64,000 nucleotides of DNA, from the IMG/VR virus record IMGVR_UViG_3300042511_000879, positions 1 through 64,000 of that record; one strand, given 5' to 3'. Position 1 is the first letter of the stretch, and each line of letters begins with the position of its first letter. The notes under the pieces are model-generated. The model did no database searches. It saw only the letters and a list, made by a program, of their open reading frames with translations, and was not told where the DNA came from. This document shows positions 10,123-20,667 of this stretch, in pieces. Made by a program: the position numbers and the translations under genes.

Positions 10123-10597
10123 TTTTAATAGTATCTTCAGTTAGGACAATAAATCGCCAATAACGACTAGCCGCATATTCTTTAGCAGCATTATATTTAT
10201 CCATATTTTTTATATATTGTTCCGTAAGAAATTTATAGGATGCAAGACTTTTTTTAGTTGGATTTGCCGGAGGTTTTGGCTTTTGTATTTGATTTTTTGG
10301 TTTGATTTCAGCAAGAAACTCTTCGCTGGAGCCATCTTGCTTTAGTATTTTAAAGTAAAAGTCTGGGTGATATGTTCTTTGTTTGTTTCCCTGACGCGAC
10401 CAATATTTAATCTCAACAGGTTCGCTTGACCAGCAAAGGACTTTGTCATTAATATCACACCAAATCATAAACTTATATTCCCAAGAGCTTCTGTAAATAA
10501 TAGGCAATGGACCTACATATTTTTCAGGGTTCTTGGGATTAAAATATCCTTGGTTAAATCCGGACTTTTTAGTTGGTTTTAAATTCTTAATTGACAT
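10109..10597 (-). CDS. Head completion nuclease (T4 gp4, TnsA-like)
   Basis: QGYFNPKNPEKY, YRSSWE, WSSE, YHPDF, EIKP, F.VLTE. Confidence 0.88.
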   Translation of the reverse strand: MSIKNLKPTKKSGFNQGYFNPKNPEKYVGPLPIIYRSSWEYKFMIWCDINDKVLCWSSEPVEIKYWSRQGNKQRTYHPDFYFKILKQDGSSEEFLAEIKPKNQIQKPKPPANPTKKSLASYKFLTEQYIKNMDKYNAAKEYAASRYWRFIVLTEDTIKNGLH

Positions 10598-10968
10598 TAA
10601 ATAGAATAAATTCCGCCACTATCATCATCGCCCGATGTTCTACTCATAGAAATAGTACCTTTGTATTTTTGTGGGTGAATTTTATTCCAACCTTTGGCAT
10701 ATCCTCTTTTAGCAATTTCTGTAAAGTATGCAAAGGCATTTGGATAGACTGGGTTAAATCCTCTCCAGTATTTTAAGAGGTCTAACATTGCAAACTGAAG
10801 ACAGTCATCTCTATCATCTTTATTAACGTACGACATTCTATTGATTGCACGTTCTGCTAATAGAATTAACATTTTTTCTGCAGTTGGAGTTAATTTATCC
10901 AAATTCTTAGATTCACTCATTGCATCGTGCAAGTCCTTATTATTTAGATAGTTTTTAGTTTTAGCCAT
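10597..10968 (-). CDS. Late-transcription sigma factor (T4 gp55-like)
   Basis: NYLNNKDL N-terminus and FNP..NAFAYFTEIA motif. Confidence 0.82.
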   Translation of the reverse strand: MAKTKNYLNNKDLHDAMSESKNLDKLTPTAEKMLILLAERAINRMSYVNKDDRDDCLQFAMLDLLKYWRGFNPVYPNAFAYFTEIAKRGYAKGWNKIHPQKYKGTISMSRTSGDDDSGGIYSI

Positions 10969-11035
10969 TTTAATTTATTTAGTTTAACTTTATATAACAA
11001 AATGTTGGTACTGTTTCAATTCCAGTCTAGACACC

Positions 11036-11060
11036 AAAGGGGCTGCTTGGCAACCCCTTT
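11036..11060 (-). terminator. Probable intrinsic terminator
   Basis: AAAGGGG..TGC/GCA..CCCCTTT hairpin after the 253-aa gene. Confidence 0.55.
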
Positions 11061-11085
11061 AATATTAATTTAAAAACTATATAGA

Positions 11086-11847
11086 TTATGCATTTAGGGC
11101 AGTAATCTTGTCTTCCCATGAACGGATTTCTCCATTGATTAAAGACTCAGCCTCTTTAATAGCTTCATCATTTCTATCAGCGTTTGATAGTATTCCTTTT
11201 TGGTCTTTTAAGAAAGAAATCATAGCTTCGTATGTTGCTAGTTTTTCCTCTTTAATTGCTAAGTCAGCAGATTCTCCTTCAACCATTTCTTTTAAGAATA
11301 AAAGAGCAGATTCTCCAGTTTCTTTAGTAACATATTCAGCAGCTTCATTAGCACTGTTTGCTTTAAAGAATTTAGTAATTTTATTTGAATGGTTATTACG
11401 TGCAATGTAAATATCTTCGTTTAGTACAAAAAGATTTACAGTTGTGTTATTTCCTTCAAATGTTGCAGCAAAATCAAGAGTTACAAAATTTTCTAAAAGT
11501 GTAGGAAGTGATTCAAATAATTCAGCAATCGGTTTTTCAGCGTATCTGATATGTCCGGCTGCCATAATATGGTTTGAAAATGTGCTTCCAATAATTTCTG
11601 AATTGTTATGTTGAAAAATACCTTCAGCTAAATTGTAAATAAATTTGCTTGGTCCATGGAACCATCTAACAGAATCTTCAGTAAATTGAAAAGATTCAAA
11701 TGCATTAATTGCATTAATTAAGGTTGAATTTTGGGTTCCTTCAACTTCTTTAATTTCAGTGTCATTCATTTCGAAAAGTCTTCCACTTACATAAAATTGG
11801 AAAGATTCGTCTAATTTAACAAATGGTGCAAGAATATTAGTTGTCAT
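11086..11847 (-). CDS. Hypothetical protein (late promoter, probable virion protein)
   Basis: 253-aa ORF with GATATATA upstream. Confidence 0.7.
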   Translation of the reverse strand: MTTNILAPFVKLDESFQFYVSGRLFEMNDTEIKEVEGTQNSTLINAINAFESFQFTEDSVRWFHGPSKFIYNLAEGIFQHNNSEIIGSTFSNHIMAAGHIRYAEKPIAELFESLPTLLENFVTLDFAATFEGNNTTVNLFVLNEDIYIARNNHSNKITKFFKANSANEAAEYVTKETGESALLFLKEMVEGESADLAIKEEKLATYEAMISFLKDQKGILSNADRNDEAIKEAESLINGEIRSWEDKITALNA

Positions 11848-11882
11848 ATTGTTTTATTATTTTATTTTATTTATATATCTCT

Positions 11883-12062
11883 TTAAATAGGAGCTTCTTC
11901 TATTACATAAGGTTGTTCATCATACCAAGTCCATCCATCTACTGGATATGTATATGTGTCTTTTAATTCTTTCTCTAATGTATAATCCGGCGCACTCACA
12001 AAGTTGGGTGCGTACTGCCAATTATCATCTTCTAATTTGTAAAATCCTGCTGTTGTTTCCAT
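11883..12062 (-). CDS. Small fibre-associated hypothetical protein (59 aa)
   Basis: Hand translation METTAGFYKLEDDNWQYAPNFVSAPDYTLEKELKDTYTYPVDGWTWYDEQPYVIEEAPI; fills the gap after the LRR gene and is below the ORF-track cutoff. Confidence 0.7.
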   Translation of the reverse strand: METTAGFYKLEDDNWQYAPNFVSAPDYTLEKELKDTYTYPVDGWTWYDEQPYVIEEAPI

Positions 12063-12066
12063 GTTA

Positions 12067-14241
12067 TTATCCTGTTACGGTCCATCCTTTAGCAGTTGCT
12101 ATAGACCTTGTGCAACCTGCTGCTCCAGTGCAACCTGTTATATTTATTGTTTTTGATGTTACTGTAGTTAAATCTGTAAATAATTGGTCTAATGCTGCTA
12201 TTCCTAAATCACAGTAAGATACGTTTATTTGCGGAGAACTTCCTACCCATTGTCCTATTGATGTATTTAATAATCTTAGACTATTAAGCTTATTAAAACG
12301 TGAATTAAATGAGCCATTTACAGCTAATTGAGAGAATGGACAATTAAAACTTAGTGATGTTAGTGCATATGTTTGGGATGTAAAAAATGATCCATTAACT
12401 AAAGGAGTAGCTACTAAACTTCCTATTTTGTCTAAATTATTTACTGTTGTTAATACTCCGCATTGAGTTAACATGTTTGAAATAGTATTTATTGCAATCA
12501 TTTGCGTTGTTGGAAGTGTTATAGTTTTTAAATTAGTACATCCAAGAAATGTTTGTTGAAAACTGGAAATTGCTCCTGCTGTTGTAGGTAGCGTGATTGT
12601 TTCTATCTTAATGCAGTTGGTAAATGCTAAGGCTGCACTAGTAAGAGATGTTGTGCTTATAGGTAATGTAAGAGATGTTAAATTGAAACAGTTTAGAAAC
12701 GTATTTGCCATTGTAGTTAAAGAAGGCATTGATGCTGGAAACACTACAGAGGATATTCTTATGCAGTTAGAAAATGTATTTTGCAGTGTATTGACTGAAG
12801 TTAAGCTTGTAGGTAGTGTAATAGATTCTAATTTATAACAGTTGTTAAATGTACCTAACATTGTAGTTATACTATCCTGGGTGTTATTTGGTAAAACAAC
12901 TGTTTTTAAACTAATACAGTTGTTGAAAGCGTTATTTAATGCGCCTAGTGTCCATGCAGATGGAATTGTTATAGATTTTAATGCATAACAACTATTAAAC
13001 GTAGATTGCATGCTAACAGATGCTCCAACAGTAACTGGTAATGTTACTGACGTTAACAAATAACAAGTTTGGAAAGTCTGATCCATCATTGTTAGATTAG
13101 GCATTGGTGATTGAAATATAACGCTTATTAAACTATTACAATTACTAAAAGTATTAACTAGCGTATTGGCGTTGAAGTTTATAGGAAATACTATATTTTT
13201 TAAATTGAAACAACTATTAAAAGCAGAGCTTATATTATAAAAAGCCGTGCTCGAACATTCTGAAGGAAAGTACACATGTTGAAGAGATGAGCACTGAGAA
13301 AACATGCTTGCCGCATTAACAGCAGTCAACCCGGATGAAAACACAGGAAAAGATGTAAATCTAACCCATTGTAATGATTGACATAGTTGAAAAATAGAAC
13401 CTAGATCTATGCATATATTAATACTTGGTAAAGTTACATTTTTTAAAGAAATACAATTCGAAAACGCTGCTTGGAGGGCAGTAACACTATTTAATGTTGT
13501 AGGAAAAGATACAGTTCTTAAAGACCTACAACTAGAAAATGTAGTCTGTAAACTAGCTATTGATGTAGCATTTAATGGTAATGTTATATCTAATAAATTT
13601 ACACATCCATTAAATGTACTTACTAATGTGACTAGAGAACTAGCGGATGTAGGCATAACAACTTTATGCAAATTTACACAGTTTTGAAACATATATTGCA
13701 TTTGAGTAGTCCAAGTAACAACTGCAGGTAATTTTACATATTCTAACTCTGTAAAACTTGCAAAGGAATTAATACCTCCAATAGATGAAAATAAAGATTG
13801 AGATATTTCTTCCATTGTACCATCTCCAAAATAAGCTTCTAATACACCTACACTATAGGATGGATTTCCTCCTGTAACAGAGAAATTAGGAACATGTTTT
13901 ACATTTGTAATTACGCACGTTGCATCTCCATATATTCTAATTTTAAATGTATTATATCCACGCGAGCAAGGAGTACCTCCTGTACTATAAACATGGTTTG
14001 TTGTTTGTACTGTAGGTATAGTTATAGTGTCTATTACACCATCACCCCAATCTATATAGATATTAGCTCCACTATTTTGTGTGAATGTAGTTTCAATAGC
14101 AAATGCTTTTAATCCCGTATCGGCAACTAAAAATTGAACTTCATTTGCTACATCTGTAATTGTTATCCAATCTACAGGTCTTACCCAATCTGCAGGAGTT
14201 GGGTGAGGTGCTATTGAATTTATTGGTATATTAAATGCCAT
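12067..14241 (-). CDS. BspA/TpLRR-type leucine-rich-repeat protein with N-terminal IDWGDG (PKD-like) module, putative adhesin
   Basis: About 15 repeats of F..C..L..(V/I).(L/F)P at ~24-aa spacing; IDWGDG; C-terminal IATAKGWTV. Confidence 0.8.
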   Translation of the reverse strand: MAFNIPINSIAPHPTPADWVRPVDWITITDVANEVQFLVADTGLKAFAIETTFTQNSGANIYIDWGDGVIDTITIPTVQTTNHVYSTGGTPCSRGYNTFKIRIYGDATCVITNVKHVPNFSVTGGNPSYSVGVLEAYFGDGTMEEISQSLFSSIGGINSFASFTELEYVKLPAVVTWTTQMQYMFQNCVNLHKVVMPTSASSLVTLVSTFNGCVNLLDITLPLNATSIASLQTTFSSCRSLRTVSFPTTLNSVTALQAAFSNCISLKNVTLPSINICIDLGSIFQLCQSLQWVRFTSFPVFSSGLTAVNAASMFSQCSSLQHVYFPSECSSTAFYNISSAFNSCFNLKNIVFPINFNANTLVNTFSNCNSLISVIFQSPMPNLTMMDQTFQTCYLLTSVTLPVTVGASVSMQSTFNSCYALKSITIPSAWTLGALNNAFNNCISLKTVVLPNNTQDSITTMLGTFNNCYKLESITLPTSLTSVNTLQNTFSNCIRISSVVFPASMPSLTTMANTFLNCFNLTSLTLPISTTSLTSAALAFTNCIKIETITLPTTAGAISSFQQTFLGCTNLKTITLPTTQMIAINTISNMLTQCGVLTTVNNLDKIGSLVATPLVNGSFFTSQTYALTSLSFNCPFSQLAVNGSFNSRFNKLNSLRLLNTSIGQWVGSSPQINVSYCDLGIAALDQLFTDLTTVTSKTINITGCTGAAGCTRSIATAKGWTVTG

Positions 14242-14245
14242 TGAT

Positions 14246-16063
14246 TTATGTGGTTTGTGTTATTATTATATCTACTACAATATCTGCTTCCGGAGGAAAT
14301 TGAGAGAAAAATATTGCTACAGTATATCCGGTTGATATGTATGGAAGTATTTGTGCGTTATATGCCGTTTGATAACTTTCATTTTGTGGTGTTATTGATA
14401 AATCAGTATTAGGAGTTATATTTGTATTAGAAAATGTATAAGTATAATATAGGCCATTTAATGTCCAAGAGGCAGCATTTAATGTTTGTGAATATAATTT
14501 TATAAATGCAGATGCACCTTGGAAACCTTGAGCACCTTGAGCACCTTGGAAACCTTGAGCACCTTGAAAACCTTGAGCACCTTGAAAACCTTGGACACCT
14601 TGTGCACCTTGGAATCCTTGAAAACCTTGTGCACCTTGGAATCCTTGAAAACCTTGGAAACCTTGAGCACCTTGGAATCCTTGAACTCCTTGCGCACCTT
14701 GGAATCCTTGAGGTCCAAGATCACCAATATCTCCTGTTCTTTGAAACGTAATGTAGACTAATTGGTCAGGTGGCGCACTTCCAGCAACAGGGCTAGAAAG
14801 AAATGCAACTGGTACATCATAATGGTCATTATGTTCTGTATGATTACCAGTAATGCTAAAAAACGCGTAAAGAAGTGGATCGGCCTGTGATGTTATTTTA
14901 AACGTACCTTTGATCTGAGAAGATGAATCATCAATTGTTTGTAAAAATGATTGAATGTTTTCAGAGTTAGAATCTGAATATGAAATGTACATCATTGTAC
15001 CAAATTCATTAATCCTTACATGTCCTGCAGTCAAATTTGTAGGATCAACTGTAATATCATCATAATAGAACTCAAATGTTGCACCACCAAAAGTTCCTGG
15101 TTCACCTTTTTCTCCTTGAGCACCTTGGTATCCTTGAAGTCCTTGGTAACCTTGAGTTCCTTGGTAACCTTGGTAACCTTGGTAACCCTGAGCTCCTTGG
15201 TAACCCTGAGCTCCAAATAAAGAAATTCCAGGAGGTTGGGTTGGCGTAGGTACCTGTATAATATCTCCAATAAATTTTCCAGAGATTTGATTAACATCTT
15301 CGGCGTTTACTATATTATTAATCGTAAACATTCTGTTTCCAGCAAATTGTTCAGTAGAAAGCTTGTTGGAGCCAAACCCTTGTTCATTACCTAAATAGAA
15401 AGAAGGTATGAATGAATTGACTTCAATTGGAAATGTTATTTTAAATTGATCTTTGTCTTCGTATGTAAATCCAACTGGTCTATCTAAAGTATAATCGTCC
15501 GGGAGTGCATAATACGATGCAATTCGATAATTACCCTCTTCTAAATGTCCAACTTCAACATTAAAATAGTTGGATTTGTACATTCTTTTAATTATTGATT
15601 CTGTTATTTTAAACGAATCAAGAGTTGAAGATACTAGGATTTCGACATCAAATCCAATAGTGATTGGAATCATGTCAAATTCAGCAACATAGGATTCTAT
15701 GATACCTTCAGAATTCATTTTGGTATAATTACCCATGATTCTTTTGTTAACTAGTTTTCCAGAATCAATAGAAAGTCCTGTAAAGTTTACAATTCCTCTA
15801 GGTACAACATCGTAATTACCATCGGCGCTTGCTTTATCCGGAGTACAATTCGGTCCAGAAGGTGTTGAGAATAGAAAATTGTCTCTTAAGAACTGGTCAT
15901 CCCCTGTTATTGAGTAGTAAAATGGAACATCCACTACTACTCTTTCTTCGTTAGTTATTTGTCGATGAAAATACAATTTAGTATTCAAATCGGCTAAAAA
16001 TCCTATAATAATGTGTCTAACTACACTATCATCTGAATTAAATTTTTGATTGTAACTTGCCAT
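14246..16063 (-). CDS. Tail terminator/sheath stabilizer (gp15-like) fused to collagen-like fibre domains
   Basis: N-terminal VDVPFYY..VPRG...PITIGFDVEI resembles gp15; two G-X-Q collagen tracts follow. Confidence 0.62.
   Translation of the reverse strand: MASYNQKFNSDDSVVRHIIIGFLADLNTKLYFHRQITNEERVVVDVPFYYSITGDDQFLRDNFLFSTPSGPNCTPDKASADGNYDVVPRGIVNFTGLSIDSGKLVNKRIMGNYTKMNSEGIIESYVAEFDMIPITIGFDVEILVSSTLDSFKITESIIKRMYKSNYFNVEVGHLEEGNYRIASYYALPDDYTLDRPVGFTYEDKDQFKITFPIEVNSFIPSFYLGNEQGFGSNKLSTEQFAGNRMFTINNIVNAEDVNQISGKFIGDIIQVPTPTQPPGISLFGAQGYQGAQGYQGYQGYQGTQGYQGLQGYQGAQGEKGEPGTFGGATFEFYYDDITVDPTNLTAGHVRINEFGTMMYISYSDSNSENIQSFLQTIDDSSSQIKGTFKITSQADPLLYAFFSITGNHTEHNDHYDVPVAFLSSPVAGSAPPDQLVYITFQRTGDIGDLGPQGFQGAQGVQGFQGAQGFQGFQGFQGAQGFQGFQGAQGVQGFQGAQGFQGAQGFQGAQGAQGFQGASAFIKLYSQTLNAASWTLNGLYYTYTFSNTNITPNTDLSITPQNESYQTAYNAQILPYISTGYTVAIFFSQFPPEADIVVDIIITQTT
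14515..14715 (-). repeat. 9-bp-period tandem repeat encoding the collagen-like (GFQ/GAQ/GVQ)n tract
   Basis: ccttgagca/ccttggaaa/ccttgaaaa units. Confidence 0.9.
15095..15213 (-). repeat. Second collagen-like tandem repeat (GYQ/GAQ/GTQ)n
   Basis: ccttggtaa units. Confidence 0.85.
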
Positions 16064-16075
16064 GGATTATATATC

Positions 16076-17749
16076 CTATTCTATTAGCTCAATATTAAAT
16101 TTGGAGAATCCATTTTCTCTATAGATTTGAATTTTTTTATCAAAGATTTCATGAGGTAATGGTGTGTGATTAATCACAAAACAATTTATTTTGCTCTCCT
16201 TAATTACTCCACTTAATATTTTTAAAATATTGTGAATTCCATCTTGATCGACAGAACTTAACAACTCATCTAAGAATAACAAGTTTAGTTGTGGGAATCT
16301 TAATTTTAAGATTTTAATAATTGCAATAATAATTATAAAATCTGCCTTCTTTCGCTCTCCTGTTGAAAGGGTCATTGGATTTATTTCTTCTCCTAAGTGA
16401 TTGATAATACAATTGAATTTCTCATCAAACCTGAGGTGGAAGTGAAGGTGCATTGTCTGGGTCATAGCTGCAATATTTGCATTTAGTCCGGGCAATATAG
16501 TCTTGATTGCAAGATTTTTAACTCCATCCTCTCCAAGAACCTCTTCAACCATTTCTAAGAAATTGAAGTCGATAGTTTTAGTATCTTTAAGATTTCCTTT
16601 CTCCAACTCTTGTGTTTCAAAGTCAGAGATAATTTGTTCCATGTGAGAAAAATCAGTTGTACCTTTAATTGAGGCGGCAATTGCTAAGAGTTCAGTTTTA
16701 AAATTTGCAATGTTAATATTTAAGGAAGATACTTTGTCTCGAACAACACTATCTTTATCTCTAAGTCCACTGATTAGGGTTTTAATGTTTGACACTTCTT
16801 GTGTAACTTCTTGAAGTTGATTTGGAATATCTTTTAGTTCGGATTCAAGTTCATCTTTTCTAGAGTTATGGAATTCTCCGGTAAGTTCATGCTCACAAGT
16901 TGGACATGCATTATTTTCATACAATTCCAATTTCTTTTTAAGCTCTGCTATTTTAAACTTTAATTCAGTTTCAGTCGACTGGTTTGATTGTAGGTCCAAA
17001 TTTAAACCTTTAATACTTGCACTAATTTTACCTTGAGCCTCTTCGAGTTTCTTTTTATTCTCATCGTATTTAACAAGAGAATCTTTAAGATGCTGAATTT
17101 TCTTTTTGTCCTTTTCTTGACTTTCAACCATTAACTGGTCCAGTTTAGTCCTAACTGATTGTATATTCTCATTTATTTGGCCTAACTCTCTACCAAATGC
17201 ATCAATATCACTTTTAAGGTTTCTTCTCTCTTCTTTAAGTGCATTTTGCATTTCATTTAAGATAGAGAACCCAAACATTTTATCAATAATTTGTCTTTTG
17301 TCGCTATTACTCATTGTTAAAAAAGACTTAAAGTCATTAACGGAAAGAATAATGATATTTTTAAATACGTGGAATGGAATCCCATAGATTTCCTCTTCAA
17401 GATATTCTTGTACTGAACGTTTACCTGCCTTGTCGAATTCTATTCCATTAAGGAGAACTTTGAATATTCCAGGAGCCAAACCACGCTCAATAACAACCTC
17501 AATACTTTTACATTGTAAGGTTATTCTGACCCAAAGTTCTTTATTAATTCTATTTGGAAGGTCAGATAATTTAACTCCTTCGATTTTGCCGTAAAGCGCA
17601 AAAACTATCGCGTTAGCAATAGTTGTCTTGCCTTCACCATTTTTACCCAGTGTTAAAAATAGTTCAGATTTATCATCTTCAAATCTTATAGTTTGAACTT
17701 GATTACCGTAAGATGCAAAGTTTTTTAGTTCAATACTTTGTATTTTCAT
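16076..17749 (-). CDS. Recombination endonuclease ATPase subunit (gp46, SbcC/Rad50)
   Basis: GKNGEGKTT, CPTC zinc hook, LSTGE signature, LFLDE. Confidence 0.93.
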   Translation of the reverse strand: MKIQSIELKNFASYGNQVQTIRFEDDKSELFLTLGKNGEGKTTIANAIVFALYGKIEGVKLSDLPNRINKELWVRITLQCKSIEVVIERGLAPGIFKVLLNGIEFDKAGKRSVQEYLEEEIYGIPFHVFKNIIILSVNDFKSFLTMSNSDKRQIIDKMFGFSILNEMQNALKEERRNLKSDIDAFGRELGQINENIQSVRTKLDQLMVESQEKDKKKIQHLKDSLVKYDENKKKLEEAQGKISASIKGLNLDLQSNQSTETELKFKIAELKKKLELYENNACPTCEHELTGEFHNSRKDELESELKDIPNQLQEVTQEVSNIKTLISGLRDKDSVVRDKVSSLNINIANFKTELLAIAASIKGTTDFSHMEQIISDFETQELEKGNLKDTKTIDFNFLEMVEEVLGEDGVKNLAIKTILPGLNANIAAMTQTMHLHFHLRFDEKFNCIINHLGEEINPMTLSTGERKKADFIIIIAIIKILKLRFPQLNLLFLDELLSSVDQDGIHNILKILSGVIKESKINCFVINHTPLPHEIFDKKIQIYRENGFSKFNIELIE

Positions 17750-17751
17750 AT

Positions 17752-18864
17752 TTAATCCATTTGATTATTATATGCGTAAAAATCGTGAAGTTTCTTTAAA
17801 CGATCTTTGATTTGTGTTTTAACATCTTCAGCATGTATAGTATTATCAACATAGATATTACAAAGATGCAGAATATTATAGTTCTTGTACAGGTCTTCGA
17901 TCTGGTCCATATCGTATGAATCCTCGTCTAGGAATGTGTCCTGTTCGTAGATATTGGGGTCAATTTTTCTACTTATTGTTTGTACTTTATTTATAAGTCT
18001 TGAAAGAGCAGAGGTCGTTGCAATATTTGATGGGACATAAAGGTCTACAAAATTGTTTCTAATGGCATCTTTAAATTCTCCAAGAGGTGTATTATAAAGA
18101 TTGGTTAGATTAAATTTAACAAACTTTGGTGATATTGTATTCTCAAAGAAAGTTTCTTGCATATCTTCTAAATTAACCAAGTCAAATCCTTTAGTGTTAT
18201 CCATATCAGATCGTGTCAATTCATAAGGTGTACCAACCATTCTCAGTTGGCCTCTTCGCTGTCTATAATGAATATGTCCTGAATAAACTGCGGTAAATCG
18301 GTCATAAGTTGTTGAATCAGTTCCATGGTGATTATCAACCTTCTTATTTAATTTAATACCTCGCACTTCTGAATGGCAAAATACAATTTCAGAGTTTGGA
18401 AACAAATCTAAAGTTTCTACTTCATGTTCAACATCTCTTCTCCATGGCATTAATAAGACTTCTCTTCCACCCCAATTAAAAGTTTGAGGTTCTTTGTAGA
18501 TGCTTACATTTGGAATCCATTTAAGAGCATCAATAGAACTTACATCATTACTTTTCTTTGCCCAAATATCATGGTTTCCACAAATTATATGGGTTGGTAG
18601 AATATTTCCAAGTCTTTCAAATAGATCAATAGCATAATGAAGTACTCTAATGTTTACACTTTGTCTATTATCGAATGCATCTCCAACTTGAACCAATATA
18701 TCTCCATCTTCGTAGTTTTCTAGTAAGGTCGGGATGAATTGATTATCATAAAAATCTTTTTGCATTTCTAACCATTCCAAAGAACTCGAACGGACTCCTA
18801 GATGCATATCACCTAGAATCCAAATTCTTTTTACCGGTTTGTTTAAATTTGCTTGTTGAATCAT
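17752..18864 (-). CDS. Recombination endonuclease nuclease subunit (gp47, SbcD/Mre11)
   Basis: GDMHLG, GDAFD, GNHD, SGHIH metallophosphoesterase motifs. Confidence 0.93.
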   Translation of the reverse strand: MIQQANLNKPVKRIWILGDMHLGVRSSSLEWLEMQKDFYDNQFIPTLLENYEDGDILVQVGDAFDNRQSVNIRVLHYAIDLFERLGNILPTHIICGNHDIWAKKSNDVSSIDALKWIPNVSIYKEPQTFNWGGREVLLMPWRRDVEHEVETLDLFPNSEIVFCHSEVRGIKLNKKVDNHHGTDSTTYDRFTAVYSGHIHYRQRRGQLRMVGTPYELTRSDMDNTKGFDLVNLEDMQETFFENTISPKFVKFNLTNLYNTPLGEFKDAIRNNFVDLYVPSNIATTSALSRLINKVQTISRKIDPNIYEQDTFLDEDSYDMDQIEDLYKNYNILHLCNIYVDNTIHAEDVKTQIKDRLKKLHDFYAYNNQMD

Positions 18865-18867
18865 AAG

Positions 18868-19311
18868 TTAGAATAATCTATTTATATGCTTTTTCTTGAG
18901 TACGTTTGTCTTCTTGTCTAATACCTCGATTAGCTCCTCTTTAAATTTATTTCCTAATGACTGGTAGAATTTGGTTGGATTAACATTAAAGTAATCACAT
19001 AATTCTGAAAATACTTCAATGATTGAATGATTTGGTCGGAGCTCATCTGAAATAAATTCATAGATTTCGTTAATTTCATTCTTTTTTAATTTAACAGTTT
19101 CGTTAAACTCATTAATATTATTGAAGTGTTTGAATCTTGAGGATTCAATTAGCTCATGAATCTTTGTGATTATTATTTGCGTTTCAATTTTGTCCTCTTC
19201 ATCTCGATTGTCTAGATAGCTTGGTGCAATTTCAAAAGAAAATGAAGTGTTTAATTCAAATTCACTCTCTGCAAATGTATTGTCGAATATTTTATCTCTT
19301 TGTGTTCTCAT
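18868..19311 (-). CDS. Hypothetical protein, possibly gp33-like late co-activator
   Basis: C-terminal SIIEVFSELCDYFNVNPTKFYQSLGNKFKEEL loosely resembles the gp33 helical pattern. Confidence 0.4.
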   Translation of the reverse strand: MRTQRDKIFDNTFAESEFELNTSFSFEIAPSYLDNRDEEDKIETQIIITKIHELIESSRFKHFNNINEFNETVKLKKNEINEIYEFISDELRPNHSIIEVFSELCDYFNVNPTKFYQSLGNKFKEELIEVLDKKTNVLKKKHINRLF

Positions 19312-19313
19312 TT

Positions 19314-20627
19314 TTATAAGTTGTGTATGTTTGAATTTGTAACATCGTCAGTTTCAGTAAGTCTCATATATTGATAATTAATATCTAGGCGGCATTTAAC
19401 GCCCTTACCTTCACCATCTCTAATTTTTAGTACTTTAAGCCAGTATTCAAATGATGCTCGCATAATATCATCTTGAATAATTCCAAGCATTAAATCTGCG
19501 GTATGTGAAAGTCCTGCAGATTCTGCAACATCTCCCATTCCAATATCACTTGAATTATAATTGTTTCGATTAATCTGCGTTGCAGTAACTATCAACCAAC
19601 CATTTCTTACTCCCATTGCACGTAAATCTTCAGCGATCTGCTTGATTTTAAGGTACATATTTTCAGAGTTTGGATTTCTATAATTTGCTAAGATATTTAT
19701 GTAGTCAATAACAATAGCTCCTAGCTTTATTTTACGTTCTTCTTCGATTTGTTTTAAATAGGCTTCAATATCTGGTACGGTAGCTTGAGATGTCGGAAAT
19801 TGTTTTACAAAAAGATTTCCAGGTGGTGTTAAACCATCACCTACATTTTCAAGCTTTCTTTTAATTAAATCTTTATTTTGGGCTTTTGCATCATATTCAT
19901 TCATTGGAATTGTAAGTAGGTTTGCTCCAATTCTTTTAAGAACTTTATGAGCTGCCATCTCTGCTGAAACAAATGCAGTGTTAACTCCCATTTTAACAAA
20001 ATTTGCAGCGTCATTTGCTAAGAAAATAGACTTACCAATATTTTGTTCTCCAACATAAACTATTAATGAACCATCTTTGTCATAACCTCCAGAAAGTAAT
20101 CTGTCTAAAAAGTTATATCCAGTTGAAAATTTAGCTCGACCTTCTTGGTAGTGGTCTCCTGCATTAAAGAAATCTAATCCAATATCTGAGTTAAATACAA
20201 TTGAATTTCGGTCATTGATTAAACTTTTAACTTTTGAGATAATAGAATCTGCATTCTCTGGAGTAACTTCAGTAGTCTTAATATATTCAATAGTGTCTAT
20301 TAGGGTAGTATCGAACGTTCTCCATTTAATCCAAGCCTCAGCCGTAGAAACTAGCCATTCCTCATCATATTGAGTAAGGTCAGTTTTATAAACCAATTCA
20401 ATAATTCCTTCATCTACTTTTCCTTTAAATTTAGGACTTTGAGAAAGGATTTTCATCTGATCTGCCTTTGGCGATTCATGGAATTTCTCATAGAACTTCG
20501 TTGCTAAAAAGTGCATCGTATCTATTTCGTCTGAAGTATAAAAGCCTTTATGTATTTTTTCTAAGTACTTTGGTTTTGCCAAAGATAACTTAAAGAATAT
20601 TTTTTCAAAATCTTGTCCGAATTTCAT
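19314..20627 (-). CDS. Replicative DNA helicase (gp41, DnaB-like)
   Basis: GEQNIGKS, SAEM, VIDYINI, TATQINR, AESAGL. Confidence 0.92.
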   Translation of the reverse strand: MKFGQDFEKIFFKLSLAKPKYLEKIHKGFYTSDEIDTMHFLATKFYEKFHESPKADQMKILSQSPKFKGKVDEGIIELVYKTDLTQYDEEWLVSTAEAWIKWRTFDTTLIDTIEYIKTTEVTPENADSIISKVKSLINDRNSIVFNSDIGLDFFNAGDHYQEGRAKFSTGYNFLDRLLSGGYDKDGSLIVYVGEQNIGKSIFLANDAANFVKMGVNTAFVSAEMAAHKVLKRIGANLLTIPMNEYDAKAQNKDLIKRKLENVGDGLTPPGNLFVKQFPTSQATVPDIEAYLKQIEEERKIKLGAIVIDYINILANYRNPNSENMYLKIKQIAEDLRAMGVRNGWLIVTATQINRNNYNSSDIGMGDVAESAGLSHTADLMLGIIQDDIMRASFEYWLKVLKIRDGEGKGVKCRLDINYQYMRLTETDDVTNSNIHNL

Positions 20628-20667
20628 ATATTTTTTTAGATTATAAGCGTATTTAAAAGAAAGTTTC

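Noticed and set aside
10109-10597. TnsA transposase / mobile element
   Set aside because: Its position next to gp2 and the portal gene identifies it as the gp4 head-completion nuclease.
14500-15297. Short alternative-frame ORFs with periodic sequences and a possible CRISPR-like repeat
   Set aside because: These are shadows of the 9-bp collagen codon repeat; there are no unique spacers.
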